Below, piece by piece: positions 36,953 to 50,773 of a DNA stretch of 57,589 nt. A program made the position numbers and the translations under genes. The stretch is from Octopus sinensis (taxonomy: Eukaryota): contig NW_021833667.1 in assembly GCF_006345805.1 (NCBI RefSeq), positions 1 through 57,589 on the forward strand. Reading direction: 5' to 3'. Under the pieces are notes generated by a model. That model saw only the letters and a list, made by a program, of their open reading frames with translations. It was not told where the DNA came from and made no database searches. Position 1 is the stretch's first letter; every line of letters starts with the position of its first letter.

Positions 36953-38199
36953 TGTGGTGTGTGTGTGTGTGTGTGTGTGGTGTGTGTGTGTGTGTGTGTG
37001 GTGTGTGTGTGTCGTTCTGCTTGTCATTCTCCCCGCAAATTGACAACCGGTGTTGGTTTGTTTGTTTCTGGAACGGTTCGACGAATAGAAAAAAAAAGTA
37101 CTGAGATCGATTCGTTCGACCCTTAAAGTCAGTATCCTAGCATGGCTGCAGTTCAATGAGGCAAACGAATAAAAGATAAATATTACGTACATAAGGTCAC
37201 AGTTTCTTTCATACATCGGTAGCTCTTATGAATAGCAGTGTAGAATATATTTAAAATATTGACTACATATCTGAAGAAAAATTCTTGGTTGCTTCGTTGA
37301 ATTTTTAGCTAATATCGGTTGTGTGGTTAAGAACATGGCTTTGTTACTATGCAATTTGGGTTCAATCACAATGCGTGGCGCTTTGGGCTTGTATTTTCTC
37401 ATATAGTAACGGACCAAAACCTTGTGACTGAAATGTGTTCGACGGAAACTATGAGGAAGACAGCTGGGAGCTGGTTCATGTTCTAATCGGTAGTTTGAAA
37501 AGAAAGCCGTGTGTGCCTTTAGCGGAGTCCTTTCTACAGTAAGCAATCTCCAGTCTGAAGACAACATCCTACCTATCTCTCACCTGCTTCAGAAACTCTG
37601 AAAAAGGCTTATGGGCGCTACTAACATTCCACAGACAATAATAATAATCCTTTCTATTATAGGCACAAGGCTTGAAATTTTGGGGAGGAAGATAGTCGAT
37701 TACATCGATCCCAGTACTCAACTGGTATTTAATTTATCGAACCCGAAAGAATAAAAGGCAAAGTCGACCTCGGCGGAATTTGAACTCAGAACGTAGCGAC
37801 GGGCGAAATACCTATTTCTTTACTACCCATAAGGGGCTAAACACAGAGAGGACAAACAAGGACAGACAAATGCATGAAGTCGATTATATCGACCCCAGTG
37901 CGTAACTGGTACTTATCTAATCGATCCCGAAAGGATGAAAGGCAAAGTCGACCTCGGCGGGAGTTGAACTCAGAATGTAACGGCAGACGAAATACCGTTA
38001 AGCATTTCGCGTGCTAACGATTCTGCCAGCTCGCCGCATTATAATAATAATAAAAAATAATAATAATATAATAATAATAATAATATAATAATAATATAAT
38101 AATAACAACAACAACAACACTGTAACAATAATAATAATAATAATAATAATAATATAATAATAATAATAATAATAATAATGATAATAATAATAATAAAAT

Positions 38200-40060
38200 A
38201 ATCATAAAATTCATAGAGCACTCTATGAATAAATGGCAAACATCCTACACCTCCAAACAAAAGAGGGACTCATGAAAACCAAGACATCCCCATTAGAAGA
38301 GGAATATTCCAGGGAGACACGCTCTCTCCACTCCTTTTCTGCTTGGCACTGTCACCTCTATCTGATATGCTAAATAGAACTGGATGCGGATATAAATGTT
38401 ACGGCAAAACGATCAGCCACCTTTTATATATGGATGACCTAAAACTATACGCTGCAAATGACAAACAGCTGGAAACACTATTAAGACAGTTCATGATCTA
38501 CCAAAGAATAGATATGAAATTTGGATTAGAAAAATGCGCCAAAGTAACCATGAAAAGAGGAAAACTAGTTAAGAGTAACAACATCACACTAGATAAAACA
38601 ATGAAATAAAAGAATTAAACCAAAGCCAAACTTACAAATACTTAGGAATCCATGAACTAGATAAACACAACACACACAAATGAAAGAGAAAATAAAAAGA
38701 ATATTATAGACGAGTTAGATCAATACTAAACACAGCTCAATGCTAAAAACAAGATATAGGTATCAACACTTTAGCTGTCCCAGTTATAAGTTACAGCTAC
38801 AATATCCTTAACTGGACACAAATGAACTGACCAAAATAGATAGGAAACAAGAAAAATAATGACAGATCTAGGATGCATCACCCAAAATCTCACATAAAGA
38901 CTATATATACAACGTATAGAAGGTGGTAGAGGCCTTATACAGCTGGAAAACTACTATAAAATAACCACCATAGGGCTGCAAAAATATCTACTTCAGAAGG
39001 AAGGAAAACTGATCCAGATAGCGGCAAAACACGAGCAAAACAAAAAACTGTTCTCAGTATTTAAGGAAGCTGACAATACAAACAAGAAATCATACCACCT
39101 AATAAACATGAAGAAGAAGAAAAAGAAGATGAAGAAACAACAAAAGCTATAAAACAAATGAAATCCAAACTAAAAATAGAACAGCAACGAACCATGATAA
39201 AACGATGGCAAGAAAGCCCCTTCATGGTAAATACTGGACTAAACTAAACGCAAAAGAAATAGACAAAGAAAAATCCCAGCAATGGTTGAGAAGCTCATGA
39301 CTCAAAGCAGAAACAGAGGGATTTTTAATTACAGCACAAGACCAAAGCCTCCCCACCAGAAATTACCAAAAACATGTAATAAAAGAAATATTACAAGTAA
39401 CTGCAGAATATGTGGAGATGGACAAGAACAATAAATCATATTATCTCTAGCTGCCCAGTCCTGGCTAAGAAGGAATATATTCACAGACATGACAGAGTTG
39501 GAACCTACATACATTGGAAGCTATGCCAACATTATGGAATAACAACAGAAAAAAGATGGTATAGGCACACAAGAAAAAGGTCACAGAAAACGAGAAAGCA
39601 ACCATACTCTGGGATATGCCGATACACACAGATAGAGAAATTAAGGCCAACAGACCAGATATAGTTATCAGAGACCATGAAGAAAAAAAATGCTTTCTAA
39701 TTGATGTATCAATACCGGCTGATGACAACGTGTCTCTAAAAGAAATGGAGAAACTCTCAAAATACAAAGACCTGGAATAGAGGTAACTAGAATGTGGAAT
39801 CTGAAAACAGAAACAATTCCTATCATAGTAGGTGCATTAGGCATGATAAAAAAATTCAGACAAATACATAACAAAAACCCGGACTTACAAACACATATAA
39901 CATACAGAAAATTGCACTACTAGGCACTGCACACATCCTACGCAGAACACTTTCCATACAATAACCATCAGAGCATCACAACAATCACAGCACATACCCA
40001 AGGCACACAGAGCTGCGCTCGGTAGTGAAGTGAAAGCACGCTATAAAAATAAAACTACTG
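38200..40060 (+). mobile_element. 5'-truncated R4/Dong-clade (RLE) non-LTR retrotransposon flanked by (TAA)n
   Basis: RT motifs GIFQGDTLSP and LLYMDDLKLY; CCHC-type CRICG..ETINHIISSC; RLE NRPDIVI..LIDVSIP..EKLSKYKDL; terminal LGTAHILRRTL*. Many frameshifts. Confidence 0.92.
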
Positions 40061-40128
40061 AATAATAATAATAATAATATAATAATAATAATAATAAAAA
40101 AAAGACAAGAAGAAGAATAATAATAATA

Positions 40129-40178
<50 letters not shown>

Positions 40179-40260
40179 TAATAATAAGAAGAAGAAGAAG
40201 AAGAAGAAGAAAGAAGAAGAAGAAGAAGAAAGAAGAAGAAGAAGAAGAAGAGAAGAAGAA

Positions 40261-41310
40261 TACTTTCTTTATTAGCTACCAGGGCCGAACACAAAACATA
40301 GAGGTTGATCCACAGACGTGGGACAGTGAGGTTAAACGTGTAAACAGCAAACAAACACAATGGTTAACAAAGAGATTAAATCAACAATATGCTCCCCTAA
40401 TAGGGGTGAATTCCACCGTAAGGTGACCAAAGAGACCTCACGCACTTTGAACCCCTTATCACAAACGGCTCCTCAGGGAGGCACCCTCTCTTCTCCCTTC
40501 CATCCGGTCAATAGGCTCACACTTCGAGTAGGCCCATTCACGCGGGCCATTTTTGCCACATTCACTCATGTTTCAACGAACTTACTGGGTAACAGTACCT
40601 CCATCTCTAGCCTCACATTCCTTTTCAGGTGGAATCTGAAAAAGTCAATGAGGCCTTGAACAAAGAGGAAGGAACTGGTTCAGAACCAATCTCGCTGCAT
40701 GTCGGTCGCTATGCCTCTACTGAGTGTCTCTTCTAATTTCCTAAGTGTCCCTAATCTAGTCTTCTCTATCGCTAGTTCTCTGCTAAATTCTACAGCCCCT
40801 ACTCTAATCACCCGTTTAAGAGTTATTCACCATCGGTTGTTGACAGCTGCACCTGTCAACATTCGATGGACTAACTTGTTAAGCCGATCTCTGAAAGTTT
40901 GGCGCACTAAGAAGGACGCGTTCAGCTTCCAGTATCCGGGTCTCTGCCTATGGAGCCTATCAAGGTCAGCCGTACAGATCTCAAAAAATTGTGGTCTGTG
41001 TCGTCGACGAATTCAAATTGTGGACAAGCTATGCTATTCCTATCTGCTGGCCTACAAAATACCTTATCTAGATAAGATCTGGATGACCCGGCGCTGTTTG
41101 CTCATGTTCATACTGAGACATCCAGGTAATCCAGTCTGAACCTGACAGCCAGTTGGAAACGACTGAACAGGTTTGCGAGGCTTGCGCACACCGTTTTCCT
41201 ATCTGCTAGCCCCACCCAATCCACACGTGTATCCAAAATGGCGTTCCAATCGCCCACTAACACTAAAAGAGTGAGACGTCTCTAGAAAGGCCTCCAGGCA
41301 GCTAAACTCG
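40261..41310 (-). mobile_element. Internally deleted L1/Tx1-type LINE (endonuclease end joined to ORF2 C-terminus)
   Basis: Minus strand VGDWNAILD, SYLDKV, TDH and PGYWKLNASFL, then FHLKRNVRLE. AATAAA near 40270 followed by a (TTC)n tract. Confidence 0.8.
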
Positions 41311-42257
41311 AGAAAAAAAATCTTAAAAAAATATTGGCATGATTACTGATTCAATTTGCAAAATGAGGGCAAGATTTCTTTAGATTTGTCTAAAATCTTC
41401 CTATTTTCAAGAATATTATTTAAATGTTGGTAATGTAACCAAAAGTAATAATAATTACAAAAACAAACGTATTCCATTATGTGTTCAAAACGTATCTATT
41501 ACTGCGGCCTCAATATAGGCACACAAGTTTATAAGGGTATGTGATAGGAACTGGATTTTAAGGATTTCAATATTCAGCTATGCACTGTTTGTTTTAGGCA
41601 TAGAAAATTTGTTGTAATTACTAATAACTTGTTGGCACACAGAATTTCGTTATGCAACCATAATATACTACGAATATATAAAACGTTTTTATAAGTTAAT
41701 ACTGTGTACTACTGTGTTAACAGTACAATTAAATCACATGTTAATGTCTATAATTTTGTTGTAAGAAATAGAAACTCGCTACGGGACGAGCAGATAACAA
41801 AAGGAAAATTCGAAGGAAGAACTAAGGGAGCCCATTTAGATCATGACTCCTTTGTGTCCTCCGGCTGCTTTTTGAAATGACACCTTTGGCCGGGATTGAA
41901 CTTGTAAATATTGTATTACGTATAGAAACGAGATTGTTGCTTTGACAAAAAGTAACCAAGTCTAATTGTACAACGCGTCACATAGCGCAGAATTAAAATC
42001 TAGGTTTTGCTGTAAAAATATTTTCTGTAAAATAAACAACAAAAATATGAAGTTAATGGAGGCATATGGTTAAGAACTAAACTTTTCATGAGTTAGGGTG
42101 TACTTAGACTCGCCTTAAATGCCAAAATACCCGAGTTTTGTGCTTTCAGATCTAGTCGTAGATATCTCACAGGCATAGTACTGTTGACTATAGAATGCTT
42201 AATTTAAAGAGAATTACAGTGACTGCTGCTTTCTGTCTCTCACTCCCCTTCTCTATC

Positions 42258-42309
<52 letters not shown>

Positions 42310-42427
42310 CCTCTCTCCTCTCCAATTCAGTAAGCTAATAAAAGGAGCATGCATTAAGCAGTGTATCTGTGAATGTGTTGTACGGTTGAGTAAGGGGTGT
42401 GTATATGCATCATTATGTCAGAAATAT

Positions 42428-42490
<63 letters not shown>

Positions 42491-42572
42491 TGCGTTTGTG
42501 TATACACATACATACATACATCACACTAAAACCCTAAAATCAAGTGGATTTAGGAAGAGCTGCAATACGTTT

Positions 42573-42616
<44 letters not shown>

Positions 42617-42879
42617 TACACACACACACATGCATATGCATGTGTAAGCGTTGACTGTGTATGACTGTGTATAAGTGTGTTTGTGAATGTGAACTACATA
42701 TGTAAACGAAACGTGTGTGTGTGCGTGTATGCGTATGTATGTGTGTGTGTATGTGCGTGTATGTGTGTTTATGTGTGTAGCTTAGCAGCACGTTTATAGC
42801 ACAAATGCATGTGCACACTACCCTAACATTTACATTAGTAAGAATTTATCTAGCATAAGTATTTCTCTTCTCACATTTA

Positions 42880-43480
42880 ACCACCACCACCGCCACCACC
42901 ACCACCACCACCACCACACCACCATCACGAAACATCAGCATTCACGGCTATTACCACGACCACCCGCACCCTTTACTCATCACCATGGACTCCATCACTC
43001 CACTAGTGGTCTTACCACCAGCATCACCACTGCCACCACCATCACTGACATTATATGATCATTACTACCAAAAACATTACAACGACATTTTCCAAACATC
43101 ACCACCGTAGCTGCTACCACCACCATCACCATTACCATCAGCATCGTCATCATAGCCATTTTTAAGTCACCGATTCCATTATAGCCAGGACCAATAATTT
43201 CCACTACACCTCTGATCGTTTTGGCCGCCATCGCCACCATCGGCGGCACTAAAATGGTCAACATGGTTGCTACCAATCTCCTGAGTTTCACAATCACCAC
43301 TGTTACCACTATTGCCACTTTCATCCCCAGTGTTACCCCCACCACCAACACCACCACCAACACCACCACCACATTCAGGTGCGTAAAAAAAAAATCACTT
43401 TTTCTAATAATTTCAAACAGATGTTAATTTTGCTTTTATTTACACTTTTCCAGTTTTCTACGTAGTATATACATATAAAC

Positions 43481-43548
<68 letters not shown>

Positions 43549-43620
43549 ACAGATAGATAGATATTCCACCATCCCTACCACCACGACTACCATCACTCAT
43601 ATCATCATCACCATCACAAG
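42880..43620. repeat. Degenerate (CAC/CAT)n low-complexity tract with (GATA)n
   Basis: ACC/ATC triplet periodicity; similar tracts at 48560-48850. Confidence 0.85.
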
Positions 43621-43682
43621 TTCATACTTATGTGTTTATAAGTATATCTTCGCATGTTTGTATATGCTCATGTCTATATTTA

Positions 43683-43716
<34 letters not shown>

Positions 43717-43893
43717 TTTAAACAGACAGCTATACAGACAGATAGAAATACATACCTACATACGTACATATATATATATGTCTATATACAAACACGTACA
43801 TATTATACAGGCATACCTTCATCATGCTGACGATTTCTAAAAAGAATGAAATATACTATGTATGATTATCAGTGACTTCCTAATAAGTACACA

Positions 43894-43932
<39 letters not shown>

Positions 43933-44333
43933 AATAAATATTCAAATTCTATCTGTCTTTTTCCTTATGATTATTCAATTTCAAATTCCCATTTCTAATC
44001 CTGCCAAATATTATGAAAAAAGGATGATCTCCCTTTGTGACAACTGCTGGAGGAAGACACACGCATACGTACACATACACACACTCACACGCATATATGA
44101 ATGGTAACAATGGTTTTAGATACACCATACAAAGAAGGTACGTGCATATTTATTTCATCGGTTGTTTTCCGCGATGAATATGTAATATTGCCACAGGCAA
44201 AAAGAGAATCTCGTGAATGCAAACCACACATATAAACATGTTACGTAGAATGACAAAATACACGGAAACGGGCAAGTTTACATCGTACCAGATGTAAACA
44301 TGGTGCCTGAAAAGCTAGTGAAAAAAGCATCTG

Positions 44334-44748
44334 GGATCTTTTCGGTTTGAACGGCAGTTTTTTAAAATAATTTCCACGTAACTAAACACTTTTAAACTTC
44401 GTATACTTGTAGAATGTGTTTATAAAACATCTTTTTCTCTTGGCTTTTATTGAGAAAATTCTATGGTTTGTAAGATATTTGTTGTTGTTTTTCTTCAATT
44501 TCTGCAATTTCAACCAATCAATGACGTCTATTGAGGTAAAAAAAAACATTCTGTACCGTATGAATATGTCCCTCGTTTAAGAAACAGATTGGGTTTATTT
44601 ACATTTGTGAAGAAAAAAAGATCCTCTTCCCCCACCCTTAACCCTAAAACAGATTGAAATGCAATAGATCGATACTAGGGTCATAATTATGGGTGACAAT
44701 TTCATATGACACCGCTAGAAAAAACTGCCGTTCAAACCGAAAAGATCC
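44334..44748. mobile_element. MITE, GGATCTTTTCGG TIRs, 8-bp TSD AGCATCTG
   Basis: Perfect TSD at 44326-44333 and 44749-44756. Confidence 0.92.
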
Positions 44749-44840
44749 AGCATCTGAAGTTCTCAGCTCAGATATGAATTCACGAGAGGCATTACATGTG
44801 TGACAACGAACTTGATTCTCATAGGTTCAATAATCTATAT

Positions 44841-45030
44841 CAGTGTTCTGCAACCTTTTTTCACTTGCGGTACACACATTCTTTTCAAAATTCAGCGGCA
44901 CACACGAACTAAAAGTATAAATATAACTAAAAGTATAGGGAAAAAAATTATATTCAGGTTATACTGCGGCACACCTAGCATCATCGCGTGGCACACCAGC
45001 ATGCCGCAGTGTACTGGTTGTAGAGCTCTG
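44841..45030. mobile_element. hAT-type MITE
   Basis: CAGTGTTCTGCAACC / GGTTGTAGAGCTCTG termini, GGCACAC subterminal repeats, 8-bp TSD ATCT[A/G]TAT. Confidence 0.7.
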
Positions 45031-45289
45031 ATCTGTATTTTTTACCTCGTCTAGACGAAGTATTATCCACTTAGTTCTCAACGTGTAATTAAAAATTTTA
45101 CAAGGTGTGACATTTCATACACACAGACACAAAAACGCATGTATGTATATGCGATTTACATGTATTATCATTGTTCTTTCTCTAGCTGCCTTTGTTCCTG
45201 CTGTCTTTATAGAGTATACCGCCTCTTCTTCCGTTCTTTACTTGGTTTCATGTGAACATGCGTACATTCACACCCTAAGACAGAGAGAT

Positions 45290-45290
45290 A

Positions 45291-45321
<31 letters not shown>

Positions 45322-45707
45322 TGTATGTATGTATGTATGTATGTATGTATGTATGTATGTATGTACGTATGTATGTACGTATGTATGTATGTATGTACGT
45401 ATGTAGGTATGTATGTATGTATGTATGTATGTATGTATGTATGTATGTATGTATGTATGTACGTATGTATGTATGTATGTATGTATGTATGTATGTATGT
45501 ATGTACGTATGTATGTACGTATGTATGTATGTATGTATGTTATGTATGTATGTATGTATGTATGTATGTATGTATGTATGTACGTATGTAGGTATGTATA
45601 TATGTACGTACGTACGTATGTATGTATGTATGTATGTATGTGTATGTGTGTGTAGATATATGTACATATATGTAAATGTATAAGTATGTGTGTGTGCGTG
45701 CGTGTGT

Positions 45708-45779
<72 letters not shown>

Positions 45780-45780
45780 A
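45290..45780. repeat. (TATG)n followed by (TG)n microsatellite
   Basis: Directly visible; representative of dozens of similar tracts. Confidence 0.98.
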
Positions 45781-46933
45781 GAAAAGCTCTAGAGCGCTTA
45801 AGTTAAGAAGTTAGGTTCGGGCTTTGGGTGTGGTTGGACATGGAATGGAAAGTAAGGCAGATATATATAGAGAGAGCTGTAGAGGTTGCGTAAAAGTTGT
45901 CAGCAACACTGGAGGAATTACTGATTAGTGCATCCAAATGCCATACTGACCAGTCAGCTAGTCAGCCAGTCATATAAAGTACTGAAAGTGCTAAAACAAC
46001 GATGAGGTCTGGTGTACTGCTGATGAATTTTCGACGATCCTCGCTGTTTGTTAAGTAAGAGATCTAGGCCATCAAAAAAAGGCGGGAACCACAGTGTATT
46101 AAGCAGTGTTGAATTTAACATGGTATACCAAATAAAATCAGGGCCTCAGAGAAAGGGTTAAAATTCACATTTTTTTCTCTTGTTGCTCTTGGTATAAATA
46201 AATAATGATTATATTACTTATCGCTACTTAATGATAATTAAATAAAAATTAAAATGCACGTTATATTTAATATGGTTTAGGGGAGAGCTTGGAAAGAAAC
46301 TAAATTTCAAATCTATCATTTTGGTATTTATCGTGAATCGATGTCTTGTCTTTTAGACAATATAGGGGTCGAGGAGGCATCACTGTGGGGCTGTTTTTAG
46401 GGAATCAGTTAGACTTAATCTGAGGAAGTATATACTTGCAATAATATATACTAAATATATGTATATGTGTGAGTAGTAACTGTAGACACACACACACACT
46501 CACGTACACATACATATACATATATGGAAATATGCATGTGTGTATGTATATATATATATGTGTGTGCGTAAATGCACACGAAGACAACCCCTATCCAACC
46601 ATATATGTAAAAAGAGAGAGAGAGAGAGAGATAATGAGAGGAAGAGAGAGATGAAAAAGGGGGTGTGAGAGAGAGAAAGAGAGAGAGAGAGAAATGCGAT
46701 AGAAAAGTGTTTATATAAATATCCAGACACAAACGCAAAATACATGGCATATACTGTGCGTGCGTGTGTGTGTGTGTGTGCATGTGTGTGTGTGTGTGCG
46801 TACACACATGTTCACAATAAATTCACACACACACACAGACACATTTAAATATATATTTATAAATATATATATATATATATTATATTATATATATATATAT
46901 GTGTGTGTATATATATATGTATGTATTTATGTA

Positions 46934-47017
<84 letters not shown>

Positions 47018-47118
47018 GTATGTATATATATATGATCACGTATTCTCACTCAGCTTAGCAAGATACACACAGACATATAAGAATATATACACTCACATAA
47101 GCATATGTACATTGACAG

Positions 47119-47245
47119 ATAAGTTTACAAGAAATGGCAGGCAAAAGAAGGCAGGAGGAGGAGGAGGAGGGATCAAAGACGTCCCAAGATGTTAAAGTTA
47201 CTAGAGCGAGACCAGGATGTTTTAACGGGTATAGCAACCAACCCC
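47119..47245 (+). CDS. Candidate coding exon (possibly first exon, ATG at 47134)
   Basis: TGACAG acceptor, open frame [42 protein letters not shown], consensus donor GTGAGT at 47246. Confidence 0.3.
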
Positions 47246-47823
47246 GTGAGTAGCCCCTTGGAATGGCTTGCAACTCATTACTTTCTCTAGCTCCTTCTGT
47301 TGGTCTGCAAGCACATAAATACATATAATGGTACATAGGGTATTTGTTTTGTTATATATTTTTCTCTCTCGTCTATCTTTATATATAATCTCAATTTACA
47401 TATTTTTTTTTCTTTCTAAAACGCCTACAGCTTTTTATATTATGCGTACATCTATCTATCGCCTTCAACCCTAATTTGTATGTATGTATGTATGTATGTA
47501 TGTATGTATGTATGTTTGCTTGTATGCATATATATATGATATGATATGTATGTATGTATATATATATATATATATATATACTCTTTACTCTTTTACACTT
47601 TTACTTGTTTCAGGCATTTGATGGTGGCCATGCTGGAGCACTGGCTTTTAGTCGAGCAAATCGACCCCAGAACTTATTCTTTGTAAGCCTAGTATTTATT
47701 CTATCGGTCTCTTTCGCCGAACCGCTAAGTTAAGGGGACATAAACACACCAGCATCGGTTCTCAAGCGATGGTGGGAGGACAAACACAGACGCACAAACA
47801 TACACACACACACACACGCGCGC

Positions 47824-47860
<37 letters not shown>

Positions 47861-47931
47861 CGACCGCGTGTGTACCGCTGGCGATTTTTTTTCCCTCCGT
47901 CTTCCCTTCTCTGGATCTTTCCTTTTCCTAT

Positions 47932-47966
47932 GTTTCTGACGAAGAGCTTCGCTCGAAACGTTAAAC
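47932..47966 (+). ncRNA. Minimal type I hammerhead ribozyme
   Basis: GTTT-CTGACGA-a-GAGC/ttc/GCTC-GAAACGTT^AAAC; palindromic AACGTT stem III. Confidence 0.8.
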
Positions 47967-48078
47967 CCTCCTTCTTTCCTTCCTTCCTGAGCGTCCTGAG
48001 CGTCCAATAATACTATATTTGTTCCACGTCCTCGCGTTGTTGTGTTTTCTCTTTGTGTTTTCATGTTTGGATTAACTT

Positions 48079-48110
<32 letters not shown>

Positions 48111-49274
48111 ATATATATTAAAGCGAGTTTATATAGAGAAGTGGCTCTCAACTGGGGTCTATATGGCCCCTGATGATCCATAAGATGTTTTGGGATCCAC
48201 ACAACAAGATAGTAAATTAAGGTTCCACAATTATATTTTAAGGGCCCCTGAAAAATTTTGCTTTAGATGTATGTATGTATTGGTACTAGCTTAAAAGTCG
48301 CCCGTCATGGGGGCTTTTAAGATAACTTCTGTGGTGTGCTCCTCAGTAGGCTTTGAGCCCAACATTGACTCTTCATGCATTGAGTACAGATTAGATTTTA
48401 TTAAATTTGAATAATATCTTTCAAACAGTGAACAATTTTCATCAAGACAATGATATAATTTGTCGACCCGGAACTTATTGTAAAGCTGCATGATAAACAA
48501 ACTTTTTTGTCTTCCCATTCTGGGGTCAGTACAATTTTTTTCTATCTAACCTCTTTCTTTTTCTATTGATTGTTTTCAACTACCATCATCAGTACCACTA
48601 CCATCGCCACCACAACTGCCATACACACGCCATTCAGGCTTTTGACGCCACCACCATCAATGTCTTTGACTTCACCGTCTTCCCCTCCATCACCATGACC
48701 ACTGTCTTTCACATCGCTAACTCTCACCCTCACCGTCATCCCTGACCACCACCACCACCACCACAACCGCCGCTGCCGCCGCCGCATCCACCTCTGTTAC
48801 AACTACAGCTCATACTATTACTATCACCCCATTACCATCACAAAAAGGCTAAATGTGTGTGTTCGATCAGTCTGTTATTGAGTATGTTACTTTAGTCCTT
48901 CTTTCTCTCACATATCCACTCTTTCTCTCTCTCTTTCTCTCTCTCTTTATTACTCTCACTGCCACCATCAACACTACTACTTTTAATAAAGACATCATCA
49001 ACACTCTAAATGTCTTTGTCTCTCTTTCTCTCCCTCTTTTTTTCTTTCTCTCTCTCTGTGTCCGTCTGTCTTCGCCACCGCCCTCACCGTCCCTATGCCT
49101 ACTGCTACTCTCACCCCATCATAAGGAATAATAGGAGTGTCATTGAATAGTGAGAGAGGGGTCTACGTGTGAGAGAGGGGTCTACGCGTGACACACTGAA
49201 ACACAGATATTAGTTTTCGCATTTATTATATTAGTCGTATTGCAAGAAACAGCTAGATTTCTTTTTTCTAATAA

Positions 49275-49365
49275 CAATGAGGTTATTAATAAGAAGGTTT
49301 CATATTCATGTATGCAAGATTTCACAGACCTAGCATCACTCCTTCATAGTCAGCTCACCCTCGTA
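49275..49365 (-). mobile_element. Duplicated mariner 5' end fragment
   Basis: Matches 51643-51748, including the terminal CCCTCGTA. Confidence 0.8.
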
Positions 49366-49701
49366 CTTTACATACATACAAACATACATACATGTATGTA
49401 TGTATGTTTAACCAACATAAGTTAACGAGTAAAAATCAAAATACGAATTTTGAAAGAGGTTTCTAAAAAAATACTAGTGTTTAAACATCGAGTGGCCATA
49501 AGAGTCCACCAGAATAAAATAGTATTCAAAGGGATCCATAGGTAAACAAATAGTTGAGAACCCCTGAATAGAGGTTATAAATTTGATCAAGTTGTGACAT
49601 ACATAGTAAGAGACTGACATTTAAAAGCGTATATGATGTACAACTGAACATTTGAAATATTTAAAATGTAGCGGTTGACAAGGCTCTTAGTTGTAAAGAG
49701 T

Positions 49702-50069
49702 GGAGGCGCAATGGCCCAGTGGTTAGGGCAGCGGACTCGCGGTTTCGATTCCCAGACCGGGCGTTGTGAGTGTTTATTGAGCGAAAACACCTAAAGCTCC
49801 ACGAGGCTCCGGCAGGGATGGTGGTAATCCCTGCTGTACTCTTTCACCACAACTTTCTCTCACTCTTACTTCCTGTTTCTGTTGTATCTGTATTTCAAAG
49901 GGCCGGCCTTGTTACTCTCTGTGTCACGCTGAATATCCCCGAGAACTACGTTAAGGGTACAGGTGTCTGTGGAGTGCTCAGCCACTTACACGTTAATTTC
50001 ACGAGCAGGCTGTTCCGTTGATCGGATCAACCGGAACCCTCATCGTCGTAACCGACGGAGTGCTTCCAC
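49702..50069 (+). mobile_element. Full-length tRNA-derived SINE family C with 11-bp TSD
   Basis: Head GGAGGCGCAATGGCCCAGTGGTTAGGGCAGCG; AGTTGTAAAGA at 49689-49699 and 50070-50080. Another copy lies at 54021-54383 (minus). Confidence 0.9.
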
Positions 50070-50284
50070 AGTTGTAAAGAAATATTTTTTAATAAATATT
50101 ATAATATGAATAAACAGAATTATGATAGAAATAAAGTTTAAAGAAATGAGAAAAGTGTAAATAAAATAGACAAGGATATCAACGGGGATCACAGAAAAGA
50201 GAACAATATTTAACACAAAAGAAAAGGTGAGAATGAAATGGAAATAAGGAAAGGAGAAATAAGTATACTTTATGCTTACCTACC

Positions 50285-50541
50285 TTGTTGTGTTCTTGAG
50301 CAAGGCACTTTATTTCACGTTGCTCCAGTTCACTCAGCTGTAGAAATGAGTTGCGACGTCACTGGTGCCAAGCTGTATCGACACTTGTCTTTCCCTTGGA
50401 TAACACTGGTGGCGTGGAGAGGGGAGGCTGGTATGCATGGGCGACTGCTGGTCTTCCATAAACAACCGTGCCCGGACTTGTGTCTAGGGGGGGTAACTTT
50501 CTAGGTGCAATCCCATATTCATTCATGACCGAAGGGGGTCT
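50285..50541 (+). mobile_element. SINE family D
   Basis: GTGTTCTTGAGCAAGGCACTT...GCTCCAGTTCACTCAGCTGTAGAAATGAG central-domain-like segment; second copy at 6905-7092. Confidence 0.75.
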
Positions 50542-50773
50542 TTTATGCTTACCTACGAGAGAAAAGAGCATTGATTGTTGATGAGCAGTTGCCGACTCAA
50601 AATATATTATTCAATCTAATATACACACGTTACACACGTGCCAAATAATTCGGATTCCCGCCATGAATGAGGTTTTAAGCGCATGAAGAGTAGGTGATCG
50701 TTGAGCTTTTTACAAAAAGATGGGCGGCAGTAGCTTCGAAGTCTCGGTCTACTTGTATCCGCTGGGCTGTATA

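Noticed and set aside
42995-43427. Val/Met-rich and Thr-rich ORFs
   Set aside because: They derive from a degenerate CAC/CAT triplet tract.
43822-43860. CTGACGA-TTTCTAAAAAGAAT-GAAATATA motif
   Set aside because: Stem II resembles the 24133 HHR, but stem I needs a bulge and there is no supporting second copy; left as unresolved.
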